A stretch of DNA of 64,000 nucleotides from a virus. The notes beneath the pieces are model-generated. The model saw nothing but the letters and a program-made list of their open reading frames with translations. It ran no database searches and was not told the origin of the DNA. The translations under genes were made by a program, and so were the position numbers. The DNA lies in the IMG/VR virus record IMGVR_UViG_3300033757_000225, positions 42 through 64,041 of that record. The stretch is one strand, 5' to 3'. Below, piece by piece: positions 19,972 to 29,654 of the stretch (positions within the stretch are counted from its first letter, which is position 1; each line of letters opens with the position of its first letter).

Positions 19972-22900
19972 TCAGTCATCCAATAATCTAAAGGACTTCA
20001 AGAGCTCTTCATTCTCTGCAAAAAACCGCTCTACCAATGGAAGTATCTTAGACTTGTAAGTCTCTTCTTGTACATAAATTGACTTGTTTTTATCAAAAAG
20101 CAAATTCAACTTGCCATTTTTCAGCATATAATATTCCTCAAGAGCTCGCGCAAAACATTCGCAAGTACGATTGATATAGATCGATGTTTGCGGTCGCATC
20201 ATTTTCTCTCGGAATGTGCGCGCAATCTGCCCAGGCAGCGAAGACCAGTTATCAGATGCAAATTGGTACCTTCCCGTCTGCAATGCAAGATAGTGATCCA
20301 TGAAGTGCGCCCACTCGTGTGCAAGCGTCATTCCGCCTAAATCCCTGCCAGCCTTAAACGTAACTCCAATAGCATGATAATTGGGTATAAAGATTCCAGA
20401 TGCGTTACGAGCATGCATGAGCACCTGCCCAGAATGGCTGATTTTCAGTCCGAATTTCCGCGCCATTGATGCACGATTGCCAAATACGGCATAGACATCA
20501 TCAAGCGCTTTCCGAATATCGTCAATTTCTTTCTGAGTAATCGCGTCGCCATTCTGTCGTTTTACCAACACCCCATATTGATCAAGCAAATCGGGCTTCG
20601 TTCCTTTATCTCCATAGGCAGTCTCCCTCCCCTTCGAAAATACAGAATAGTTCTCTTCCAACTGAATATTCATATCGTCGAGCTTTTGTTTCAAGTCTTT
20701 GATCGCATCAGTAACGGGCTTAAAGCGTTCATTCCCGCGAAGATTCAAGAATGTTTCAGCTAATAGGATATTTCTTGTTGTTACGCGCTTATCGCTGATA
20801 ACGGTAAGGCGAGGCATTTTGAGCCTACTAGCATATTCTTTGAATTCTTTTATTTTCTCCTCATACCATTGTCTATGCAATGCCTTTGCTCGTTTCAAGT
20901 AATAATCTTGGGTGGCCGCAAGGACATCAAGGTTGACTACCGCATATCCATTACTGGTATTTATGGCATAGGAATTATCATCCAGTTTTATTGCCTCTAC
21001 TCGATATTGTTGGACCCTAAAAGCATAATCCTGAATTTCTGGTATCCATGAAGGACGCTTTTTATCAAGAATATTTTTTTCAGTCACCAGGCTAATCCTT
21101 GAAGGAATAACATCCCGATAATCAAGGCCGGTTTTACCTTTTATTAGTTCCACCACCTTCGGCGTAAATTCATATTCCGGCATTGACGCCTGGCCGAAAT
21201 TTACCCCCATAAGCGATGCAGTAATTGCGGCGCGATTTTCAGGCCCCGCGCTGCTTATGAGCCTATGGATCGCTTCGGCTGCTTCGACAGGAAAAATCTC
21301 ATCAATCGACTCAAGTGGCGCATGCTCCCCATTTTCCAAATCAACAACGCCATCAGAGACTTTGAGAATCTTGGAAGTTTTATATCCGTTTTCGCTTTTG
21401 TATCGAATTGCAGTACCCGCTGTAAGATTCTTTACGATATTTGTTATTCCCGATTGACTATAATCATCATCAGTAAAAAGCTCCCCCTGCTGTTTGTTTT
21501 CTTCATCTTGCCGAACCCATACGCGCATTGAAAACACAGATCCGCCCCTGTGTACCGTCTGCTGAATAGGCACAAGTCCAGGCGTTATTTTTGCCTTTTC
21601 AAAGTGATCTCCCGTCATCGCTTTTACAACATATTTTTGCCCTTTGACAAACTTATCCTTTTCAGCAATTTCGATATGGTATTTTTTTGCGGCACGCATA
21701 ATCCTGTTCCAGATAGCGCGGCGCTGATCGGGATCATACTTGCTATAATTGCGCGGCATTGAGAAATATGCCATAGCTGCCAGTACATGCTCCTCTGTAT
21801 CGAGCGGATATTTGTAATTATTCGGATCGGCGTATTCTTTTTTCTCTTCAGGATAGCCTTTTGGGGGAGTTTTGTGAGAATATTCTGTATCTCCGGCTTC
21901 GGGAAGCGCCTTTCTCGTTCTATTCGCCTGCTCGGTTAGATTATAGCTTTCAATAGCATCTTTTCTTCCTGGCATCATAACAGCGCCATTTGGTGTAATA
22001 ATCCAATCTGGACCTCCATCCTCATTATAGAACTTGAGTAATGCCCACCAATCTGGATTATCATAGGCACCAGCCGTATCAACAATATCCCTGGGAGCAA
22101 ATGCCTGCCGAACTTCACGCTCAAAAGTATCAAATGAGACCTCATCTTCATCTGTTGCGGCGCTTATATCATTGTATATTGTTTCAATCAGGTCTCTGTC
22201 TTCCTGATTCAGCTCGTCTTTTTTATATAATTCCCAAATCCCATGCAATTTTTCGATAAACCGATTCATGTCTTCGCTGTGCTCGTTAAAAAAATCGGCA
22301 ACGGTGGCATGCGCCGAAGGTTTTGCCAGCCACACACTTCCACCATTCCCCGCATAGGACTTTGCTGTATCAATATTCGTGCTGAACAGAGTGGGCCATT
22401 CATCATTCCCATACTCTTTCCCTGGCCTTCTCCCGTGCACATACATTCCATCCGGCAAAGGCACTTCTCCATCCAACAGTTTCTCAGCAAATTCTTTACT
22501 CTTAAAATTGTTTTTTGTCTTTACTGGCTTATTATCTTTATCTGGACGCACCCATTTCTCGGCTCTATATACCTTCCCCATGCGAGTGACCAGAATGGGC
22601 TTTTTCACTAATTTTGCACGATTGATCGCTTTGCTGATAAAGCCGCGCTTCTCTTTTGCATGTTGCATGTCAGCATGATCTACGATATACTTATCTGATA
22701 TGGAGGACTTAGCAATGGATTCTCCCGACTTTGATTCATTGAGATTTTTCGAGCTTGACGATACACCATTTGCGAGAGACCCAAAATCTTGGAACCTCTT
22801 TAGAGTTCGCTCTGAAAGCCAGCTTGAACCGTGCGACTCCAAAATATTTGCTGACATTTTCCAGAATGGCAGAGAAATATCCAAGAAGGAAGCGCTCAAA

Positions 22901-23715
22901 TTGGCCGCATCCCGATGGCCCGAAGAAACCTCCCAGGCGAATTGATAGATTCTTTTCTGCGCCAGGATCGCATAATGATATGGCGCAGGCGGTGGTGGTG
23001 GCGGAATCTGCCCTTCCGCTTCCCGTGTTATTTCATAGAATAGGTGTCCATATTTTTCTTTCGCTTCAATCATTGCCTTCGTATTCAGCTGTATTTCTGA
23101 AATCATCCCGTTTGGCAGTTTGACATTGATATTTACTCCCCGATACCCCGCCAGTGTCGGTGTCGCATAGTAATTCTTTATTCTGATTACGCGAGGGTCT
23201 TTCATGAAATAGTCAAGCGCCTTACCAATCCCCTCCAGATTATCAAACACAAGGGTGTGCCCATCGATATCATAGATCATGCTGGCATCGGTCGCGCCAT
23301 CTTCGGCCATTTTTTCTTTGACCCGTTCACGATTTTTTAGAGTGGGCCTCGACAATAATTCGCTTGCTCCGAGCTCGTCCTTGAGCTTCTCCATCACCGC
23401 GCGAAAATCGCCCCGAACCGCTTCGGCCATCTTATAAAGCTCATCAATATCACCCGTCGGCTGTACCATATCCTTTCTGGGACAATCCTTTTTATTGTTA
23501 GGGTCAAACAGCCGCTTAACCACATCATTTTCTGGAGCATTATTCCTCTCGTTTTTCGGATATTCCCCAGTGAGGATTTTCATATTCGTTGGCTTTGGCT
23601 CATCGATTCCTGGGCGCACCCATCTATGCTGCTGAAATGTTTTGCCGTCGCGCGTAATTGTGACAGGTTTTTTTACAAGTCTGCTCGTGTCAAGCGCCTT
23701 CACTACCAGCATCAA
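19972..23715 (-). CDS. Polyvalent protein: RelA/SpoT-like nucleotidyltransferase + ART-like + DUF6582-like + zincin peptidase/LPD
   Basis: LK, D..G, GYRGVN, EIQLNT, H.FYE (RelA/SpoT); HG...FST....A.SYA (ART); YADP.NYKYPLDTEEHV (DUF6582-like); HEWAH and CFARALE (metallopeptidase/LPD1-like). Confidence 0.85.
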   Translation of the reverse strand: MMLVVKALDTSRLVKKPVTITRDGKTFQQHRWVRPGIDEPKPTNMKILTGEYPKNERNNAPENDVVKRLFDPNNKKDCPRKDMVQPTGDIDELYKMAEAVRGDFRAVMEKLKDELGASELLSRPTLKNRERVKEKMAEDGATDASMIYDIDGHTLVFDNLEGIGKALDYFMKDPRVIRIKNYYATPTLAGYRGVNINVKLPNGMISEIQLNTKAMIEAKEKYGHLFYEITREAEGQIPPPPPPAPYHYAILAQKRIYQFAWEVSSGHRDAANLSASFLDISLPFWKMSANILESHGSSWLSERTLKRFQDFGSLANGVSSSSKNLNESKSGESIAKSSISDKYIVDHADMQHAKEKRGFISKAINRAKLVKKPILVTRMGKVYRAEKWVRPDKDNKPVKTKNNFKSKEFAEKLLDGEVPLPDGMYVHGRRPGKEYGNDEWPTLFSTNIDTAKSYAGNGGSVWLAKPSAHATVADFFNEHSEDMNRFIEKLHGIWELYKKDELNQEDRDLIETIYNDISAATDEDEVSFDTFEREVRQAFAPRDIVDTAGAYDNPDWWALLKFYNEDGGPDWIITPNGAVMMPGRKDAIESYNLTEQANRTRKALPEAGDTEYSHKTPPKGYPEEKKEYADPNNYKYPLDTEEHVLAAMAYFSMPRNYSKYDPDQRRAIWNRIMRAAKKYHIEIAEKDKFVKGQKYVVKAMTGDHFEKAKITPGLVPIQQTVHRGGSVFSMRVWVRQDEENKQQGELFTDDDYSQSGITNIVKNLTAGTAIRYKSENGYKTSKILKVSDGVVDLENGEHAPLESIDEIFPVEAAEAIHRLISSAGPENRAAITASLMGVNFGQASMPEYEFTPKVVELIKGKTGLDYRDVIPSRISLVTEKNILDKKRPSWIPEIQDYAFRVQQYRVEAIKLDDNSYAINTSNGYAVVNLDVLAATQDYYLKRAKALHRQWYEEKIKEFKEYASRLKMPRLTVISDKRVTTRNILLAETFLNLRGNERFKPVTDAIKDLKQKLDDMNIQLEENYSVFSKGRETAYGDKGTKPDLLDQYGVLVKRQNGDAITQKEIDDIRKALDDVYAVFGNRASMARKFGLKISHSGQVLMHARNASGIFIPNYHAIGVTFKAGRDLGGMTLAHEWAHFMDHYLALQTGRYQFASDNWSSLPGQIARTFREKMMRPQTSIYINRTCECFARALEEYYMLKNGKLNLLFDKNKSIYVQEETYKSKILPLVERFFAENEELLKSFRLLDD
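22663..22691 (+). promoter_or_regulatory. Internal antisense sigma70 promoter
   Basis: TTGCAT (22663-68), 17 bp, TATACT (22686-91), followed by GGAGG (22702-06) and ATG (22715). Confidence 0.7.
22715..22945 (+). CDS. Embedded antisense small protein, candidate immunity/antitoxin for the RelA/SpoT domain
   Basis: 76 aa MDSPDFDSLRFFELDDTPFARDPKSWNLFRV...GREISKKEALKLAASR with own promoter and RBS; the host frame here is Ser-rich low complexity, as expected for a shadow. Confidence 0.65.
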   Translation: MDSPDFDSLRFFELDDTPFARDPKSWNLFRVRSESQLEPCDSKIFADIFQNGREISKKEALKLAASRWPEETSQAN

Positions 23716-23729
23716 CCACCCCCAGCTTT

Positions 23730-24113
23730 TCAGAATCCCGCATCAGGATCGAAAAGCGAATAATCATGCTCTACACCATATTTGTCTGTCCATTGGTGAT
23801 CGGATGTATAGAGCAACTGCCCAGAATGATAGTACGCCGCAGCGAGGATGGTTCGAAATTCATCACCATGCCAAGCGCGCGTCTTCATTACAATGTCGTC
23901 GCTTTTACCCATGAACCACGCATCAGGAATTCCACCATATTTCTTGAGTGCATCTTTCATCGCCCACCAGTATACCCCGAATGTTTTGTATACTTCCGGC
24001 TTTTGCACCAGTATTGGCGCAAGTGCTTCGGCGGTATGCTGCACATAACTTTCACCACCTGGGATTTTTAACTCTTTGACGAGAGAATCAACGAAAATGT
24101 CATCATAATACAT
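23730..24113 (-). CDS. Hypothetical protein between polyvalent genes
   Basis: 127 aa, RBS AAGGAG, globular aromatic-rich; lacks the shared motif. Confidence 0.75.
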   Translation of the reverse strand: MYYDDIFVDSLVKELKIPGGESYVQHTAEALAPILVQKPEVYKTFGVYWWAMKDALKKYGGIPDAWFMGKSDDIVMKTRAWHGDEFRTILAAAYYHSGQLLYTSDHQWTDKYGVEHDYSLFDPDAGF

Positions 24114-27100
24114 GGCGAACTCCTTTTATGCGCGTTCGTGAACCTTTATATCGTATCACTAAACGGTATCCATTGAAAGATTTAGCCATCTCCGCGTTTT
24201 GTTTTTCTCTAAAATATAGTTCAGCCCAATCATTGGGGCGCAAGTCTTTAGCAAATTCATATTTTTGTGCATATTTCAATAAAACTGGAATTGTTCTGGA
24301 TGCTCGCCAATCCAGGTATCCTGCTCTTTCTTTTTCAGTCACAAAATCATCAAGCCTGACCCATTCGCCATTTGCATTTTTAACAGCCTGCTCTATCAAT
24401 GGCTTTTCTTTACTGTGATCATATACCTCTTTTGCCGTCTTCTTCAGCTCTTCTCCCATGGCATCGAGATATACCGGATTATCAAGAATGTTTGCCGCCG
24501 TATCATCCATATTATCCACGTCTTTCATGCTTGATAATATAGTCTCTTGATCCTCTTTCTTATAAGGATTCAAAAGACTGCCATACAACTCATTGCCGCG
24601 TACAATACCTTTAAGCGAATTGGAATAACTTTCTGTAACAAAATATGGAACGCGCGCTGAATCTGAATATTGACTCTTGCTGGGCAAAGTGTAGAACAAA
24701 GTATCAAAATTCTGTTCTTTGAATTCTTTATCCTGTTTGATGAATTCATTTATATTTCCAAGGCTTTGAAACTTAGCAATATCTGTTTCACTTGGCCGTG
24801 CAAAATGATTTCTATGCATCTCCTCGCCCGATGCATAATATCTTCTTGATGCATCTTCTGAATCTAGTTTAATACTTGCGGTGTCTGGACCGTCTATGCC
24901 CTGGAGTAACTGCTGTAATTGAAGCGTATTTGTTTTGTGATCAATCCCGACAACCTTAAATGCGCCACCAAGCCGTTTGAAGGTAAGCATATCGCCCATC
25001 CGATACACAGTTTTGGTGTCTTTTTGGTACACAAAATCAGGTGCATCATCGTCAAGCAAATCCAAATGCTTGAATTCTGGATTCGAGCGCAGCGTGTCCT
25101 CTATTTCTCGGAGTTTGCGCATACGATTCTGGAAAGCTATAGACCCTTTGTCTCCATTGAATGTTCGAACTGCATAGCGAAGTGTTGAATAAGCACCAAG
25201 TAAAGAGTGCACCTTTTCCAGATTCGCCTTTTGAAGTGCTTCCGTTTTCTGCTTCTGGATTTCTTCCCGCTTCTGCCTTACTGCCTCCTCTCCACCAAAT
25301 TCTTGTGTCAATGCCAATAAGAGCTCGTCAGCGTCGATATAAGAGCCGTCATTCGGATTAAAGAAAATATTCGATTTTGTCTTCAATAACTGATCTATCC
25401 AATTCGCTTTGCCCTGCACGAGTGCAATCGAATAGCTATCGATAGTTCCTGCTGCCATATAGGTATGCAGCGCGACTTTATCCTGCTTATTTCCCTGTCG
25501 GTCCACGCGCCCGTTCCGCTGTGTAAAATCAGAGGGACGGAAAGGAATATCCAAATGATGCAAAGCAGCCGAATTTTTCTGGAGATTCACGCCCTCGCCC
25601 AATGTCTGTGTCGTACCAATAATAACCTTGTATTTCCCGCTATTATATCCGTCAATCGCCTGAGAAACCTCTCGTTCGAGCGCTTGATCTGATTGCATTG
25701 TGCCTGATTTTGTCAGGCCATTCACAATGACAATTTCTGAATCGGTGAATCCCTGCGCAATTAGCCGCTGTTTGATTTTCTCATGCATATTGAAACTGCC
25801 ATCTCCCGACAGCACGCGGTCGCAGAATATTACTTGCCCCCCGCCTGTGCTCTTATAGCTTTCGTAGGCGTTTTGCGCAAGCGTTTCTAGCTTTGGATTT
25901 ACCCAGCCCTTGTATTTGTGCGGATTATAAAGCTCAAGATCAAGCGAGGCGGTTCGAAGCTTGGCATAGAATGTAAGGAAGTTTTGACCAGGGAACGATT
26001 TTTCGCGTTGCTCTGAATCCATGTTTCGGTAGTTCTCTACTTCTTTTGCCAATCCCTTAATAACGTCCGCTTGTTGCTCTTCTTTCGGCAGTATGTGTGG
26101 CACATTATTGGCGCTTGGCTTTTTGAGGCCGATCGCATCAGGATCGTTTTGTAGGTCGGTATATTTGAAGAAAATATTCTGAAGCGCCTGCAAATTGCGG
26201 AAGCCTTTCAGGATTTTGCCTTCTTTCACCTCTCCCGACGCCCACTCATATTTCGGGCCGACGGTGATATCAGCAAAATTGGAGATAAAATCATCGATAG
26301 TCTTCAATCCGAGTCGCTTTAGCTCTTCGGGTGCAATATGCATGAGCATGTTATAGTATTCGAGCGGTGAATTCGTGAGTGGCGTTGCTGTCAGCATGAA
26401 CACATTCTTTCCGTCTTTTTGTTTCTGCAAGTACATGCTCTTTTTGAACAGCGACATTGCCCTGTCTGATCTTCGCCCATCATTCATTCCTACTTCGCGC
26501 GATAGGCTGGACACAAAAAGATTTTTATAATTATGAGCTTCGTCCACCACCAACGCATCAGCGCCAAAGTCCTCGAATGTGATTGTCTTGTTCTTTTTGC
26601 CACCATGGAGTGAGCTCCTTGCTTTCTCTTTGGCAATTTCCTTTTTCCTTGCGCTCATTTTGGCGGTTTCAACCACCTGATCCTGAACAAATTCTTCGGT
26701 CAATTCATCATCATGCTCAGGGCTGAGCTGAATTTCACTTGCAGCCGATTCTGGCAGGATAATCACGTCGCTGTCACTGTTTGCGATATCTTGGTACATG
26801 GCATAGCGCTTAACCTGGTCGCCATATCCTTTTGTCTCAGGATCGACCGCCCGCACCTTTAATTTCGGCATCGCTTTACCAAACGCCTTCACCCAGTCTT
26901 TGACTTTATTATTGGGAACCTGAATCATGACGCGGCGCGCCTTACCTTCTTGTCGCAGAATGCCAACCAAGCCTATTGCGGCGAGTGTTTTCCCGAATCC
27001 TGTCCCTAACGCCGAGATGCCTTTTCCTTGCCGATACAGGTGGTGGATCGTCTGCCATTGGTGCTTGCCGAGCGTAATGTTCGGATTCCAACCGTCAATC

Positions 27101-29643
27101 TTAACTTCATAGGTTTTCGTAGGAGCGGCAATATAGTTATTGAATGTTTTATTGTAAAGCAATTCTATTTGATCTCGGACATTTTCGTGGTTTGCAACCC
27201 ACTGAAGGAAGTTGTCCAGCGTCTTTCTATTGTACGCTTCCGTATCATTGTATTTCGAGCGCTGCTTTTGATTATTCAAGAAGTAGATAACGGGGTCTGC
27301 GAGCTCTAACCATGACCCTTCAGGTGTAACCTCTGTTTCTCCGGTTTCTCTGTTATAATTGTAATAGTTTCTTTCTGCAATAGCCCCCCATTTCCCAGTC
27401 TCTTTATTCCGCGCTACCTGTTTAATTTCACGCCCATATATGCCGCGATTAAGTGTGTTCAGCCCATCTTCTGCATGTATCCAGTCATTGATAATACTTT
27501 CCGGTATCCAGGAGGACTGTGGACTGAATTGCGCATCTTCGATTGGCGTCCATTTAATCGCCTTCTGTATTTCTTGAATACCATACTCCCATTTTTTGCG
27601 TTCCTTCTCCCACTTCTCATCAGGGTGGCTATCAATGGCATCTTTGAGGGCTTGTATCTTCTCCCATACCTCCCCTGAGATAAAATCTTCGCGCAATTCG
27701 TAAGAGCCTTCCGGTGTAAGGAATACATCTTTGTGCTCCATCATTTGCGTAATCAGTGATTCCGCTTCATTCGGAAAATAATGGCGGACATTATCAACCG
27801 TTGCCTCCACCATGTTTTTCTGTAGCGTCAGCAATGCGTCAATAACCGGATCATTCCCGTTGAAGACTTCGATATTTTTTTCGTAGATATTCGGCTTTGT
27901 GAGGACGTCAGCATCAATATTCAAGAGCCCCTCGTATACCCCCGCAACCGCTGCATGTTCACGGAGCACTCTTCGAATGTCCTTATCTTCAGCCGGAGTG
28001 GTGTTATATTTCTTCTCATATTCTTGTATCAGCGAGCGTGCGTTCATTTGCAGCTCATCAACCGGTTTGCCTGCCTGCATGTTTTCGCGTATGGTTTGTA
28101 CAATACTGGCAATCGCAGTGACTTTCTGCATCTTCTCGGCAGCGATTTCACTCGCGGAGGGTACAAGCTCCCATCTGTGATTCTCATTCAGTCGGTACAA
28201 TCTTCCATTCTCGCTCTTCGTCATGCCGACGGTTAATGTTTTTGCGGCGATAGCATCTGCTTCGCTTTCCGTCACCCGCATAATGCGTGGCACTTCCGTT
28301 GGTACTTCGCCTGCATCACTTTCTTGCATAGCAATATTTGCAAGCCGAGACGCATCATCGGTTGTTTTTTCGGGCTCGATCTTTATATCTTTGACAAGCT
28401 CATCCAGCACTTCGGGCGTGAGATCGCCCTGTACAACATCGCTTCCCCAGTTTCCCTTACCTTCTAGCACATCGCCAATAACGTTTTGCTCATATGTCCC
28501 ATTCACCCATGCATCATGCCAAAATCCCGATTTCTGCATTTCCTCATCCGAAATGGCCGCAAGCTGTTTTGCGATTGCGTCTGGATATTTTCGGAAAAGC
28601 AAAATAATTGGCTGCACGGCTGTTTGTGTGTGCTTGAATGACTTATTGGGCAGCTTCACCGCTCCCATGAATTGCGCTTGACGAATTATCTGAGCTCTCC
28701 AGTCGCGTGAGAGATTATTCTCAAGTACACCAGGATGCACAATCATTGCCAATACGCCGCCCTGTGCAAGGTTATCGATTGACCGCGAAACGAAATACCG
28801 ATCCAGGCTCTTTTCCTCTGGCATATCAATAAAACTCGTCTCAACGGATCGATCCCCAAATGGCGCATTGCCAATCACATATTCGAATTTATCTTGATTG
28901 TATAGGTTGAATACTTCATAGCTTGTTGGTTTTATTGCCACGTCCGGCTGAAGAATGGCCGCCACCGCAGCCGATCGCGCATCTAGTTCAACGCCCGTGC
29001 ATTTTACCTCTTTCGGCGCCACATCAAAGAATACCCCCGTTCCACATGAGGGCTCCAACACTTTATCTTCAGGCTGAATCTTGCGAATCTTGTTCATAAT
29101 CTGCCACATGGCGCGCGCGAGTGGCGGAGATGTGTAAAAATCATAGAGCACGCCGCGCTCGTCTGCCTGAATACCACCAAAACCAGAATATCGGCGTATT
29201 TTCTCTTTATCTTCTTCGGTGATAGTGTCCCTTCGCTTGGTCACCAGGTCGGCCACTTCCGCATTGATCTTTTCTCGTTCCTTGACACCGAGATGCTTGC
29301 CGTTCGAGCTCCATGAACCATAATCTCGGAATTGAGTGTCTTTTATTGGCTTTGCCAGTGGTACTATAGAGCTCGTTTCGCGCGCAGTCTGCCGTTCCTG
29401 TTCTTTATCCTTGATATCCCCTGCCTCTGGCTGCTCGGTTTCATCCTCATCTTGAAACAAATCGGGTTGCACCATGGAATAAGATTCTTTTTTTATCTCG
29501 GAAGGTAGAACCCATACGCGCTTTTGGAATATCGTTCCATCGTCATTGCGCACAGTAATGATTTTCGGCACCAAGCGCGGACTACGCCGTGCTTTCTCAA
29601 TCTGTGCTTTCGCGTTTTGTAGTATTTTGCGCATAAACAACAT
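24103..29643 (-). CDS. DarB-like N6-adenine methyltransferase + SNF2 helicase
   Basis: 1846 aa; VLEPSCGTGVF (motif I), VIGNAPF (motif IV variant), GTGFGKT, DEAHNYKN, GEGVNLQ, QRNGRVDRQG. Confidence 0.9.
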   Translation of the reverse strand: MLFMRKILQNAKAQIEKARRSPRLVPKIITVRNDDGTIFQKRVWVLPSEIKKESYSMVQPDLFQDEDETEQPEAGDIKDKEQERQTARETSSIVPLAKPIKDTQFRDYGSWSSNGKHLGVKEREKINAEVADLVTKRRDTITEEDKEKIRRYSGFGGIQADERGVLYDFYTSPPLARAMWQIMNKIRKIQPEDKVLEPSCGTGVFFDVAPKEVKCTGVELDARSAAVAAILQPDVAIKPTSYEVFNLYNQDKFEYVIGNAPFGDRSVETSFIDMPEEKSLDRYFVSRSIDNLAQGGVLAMIVHPGVLENNLSRDWRAQIIRQAQFMGAVKLPNKSFKHTQTAVQPIILLFRKYPDAIAKQLAAISDEEMQKSGFWHDAWVNGTYEQNVIGDVLEGKGNWGSDVVQGDLTPEVLDELVKDIKIEPEKTTDDASRLANIAMQESDAGEVPTEVPRIMRVTESEADAIAAKTLTVGMTKSENGRLYRLNENHRWELVPSASEIAAEKMQKVTAIASIVQTIRENMQAGKPVDELQMNARSLIQEYEKKYNTTPAEDKDIRRVLREHAAVAGVYEGLLNIDADVLTKPNIYEKNIEVFNGNDPVIDALLTLQKNMVEATVDNVRHYFPNEAESLITQMMEHKDVFLTPEGSYELREDFISGEVWEKIQALKDAIDSHPDEKWEKERKKWEYGIQEIQKAIKWTPIEDAQFSPQSSWIPESIINDWIHAEDGLNTLNRGIYGREIKQVARNKETGKWGAIAERNYYNYNRETGETEVTPEGSWLELADPVIYFLNNQKQRSKYNDTEAYNRKTLDNFLQWVANHENVRDQIELLYNKTFNNYIAAPTKTYEVKIDGWNPNITLGKHQWQTIHHLYRQGKGISALGTGFGKTLAAIGLVGILRQEGKARRVMIQVPNNKVKDWVKAFGKAMPKLKVRAVDPETKGYGDQVKRYAMYQDIANSDSDVIILPESAASEIQLSPEHDDELTEEFVQDQVVETAKMSARKKEIAKEKARSSLHGGKKNKTITFEDFGADALVVDEAHNYKNLFVSSLSREVGMNDGRRSDRAMSLFKKSMYLQKQKDGKNVFMLTATPLTNSPLEYYNMLMHIAPEELKRLGLKTIDDFISNFADITVGPKYEWASGEVKEGKILKGFRNLQALQNIFFKYTDLQNDPDAIGLKKPSANNVPHILPKEEQQADVIKGLAKEVENYRNMDSEQREKSFPGQNFLTFYAKLRTASLDLELYNPHKYKGWVNPKLETLAQNAYESYKSTGGGQVIFCDRVLSGDGSFNMHEKIKQRLIAQGFTDSEIVIVNGLTKSGTMQSDQALEREVSQAIDGYNSGKYKVIIGTTQTLGEGVNLQKNSAALHHLDIPFRPSDFTQRNGRVDRQGNKQDKVALHTYMAAGTIDSYSIALVQGKANWIDQLLKTKSNIFFNPNDGSYIDADELLLALTQEFGGEEAVRQKREEIQKQKTEALQKANLEKVHSLLGAYSTLRYAVRTFNGDKGSIAFQNRMRKLREIEDTLRSNPEFKHLDLLDDDAPDFVYQKDTKTVYRMGDMLTFKRLGGAFKVVGIDHKTNTLQLQQLLQGIDGPDTASIKLDSEDASRRYYASGEEMHRNHFARPSETDIAKFQSLGNINEFIKQDKEFKEQNFDTLFYTLPSKSQYSDSARVPYFVTESYSNSLKGIVRGNELYGSLLNPYKKEDQETILSSMKDVDNMDDTAANILDNPVYLDAMGEELKKTAKEVYDHSKEKPLIEQAVKNANGEWVRLDDFVTEKERAGYLDWRASRTIPVLLKYAQKYEFAKDLRPNDWAELYFREKQNAEMAKSFNGYRLVIRYKGSRTRIKGVRHVL

Positions 29644-29654
29644 CGTGCACCTTC

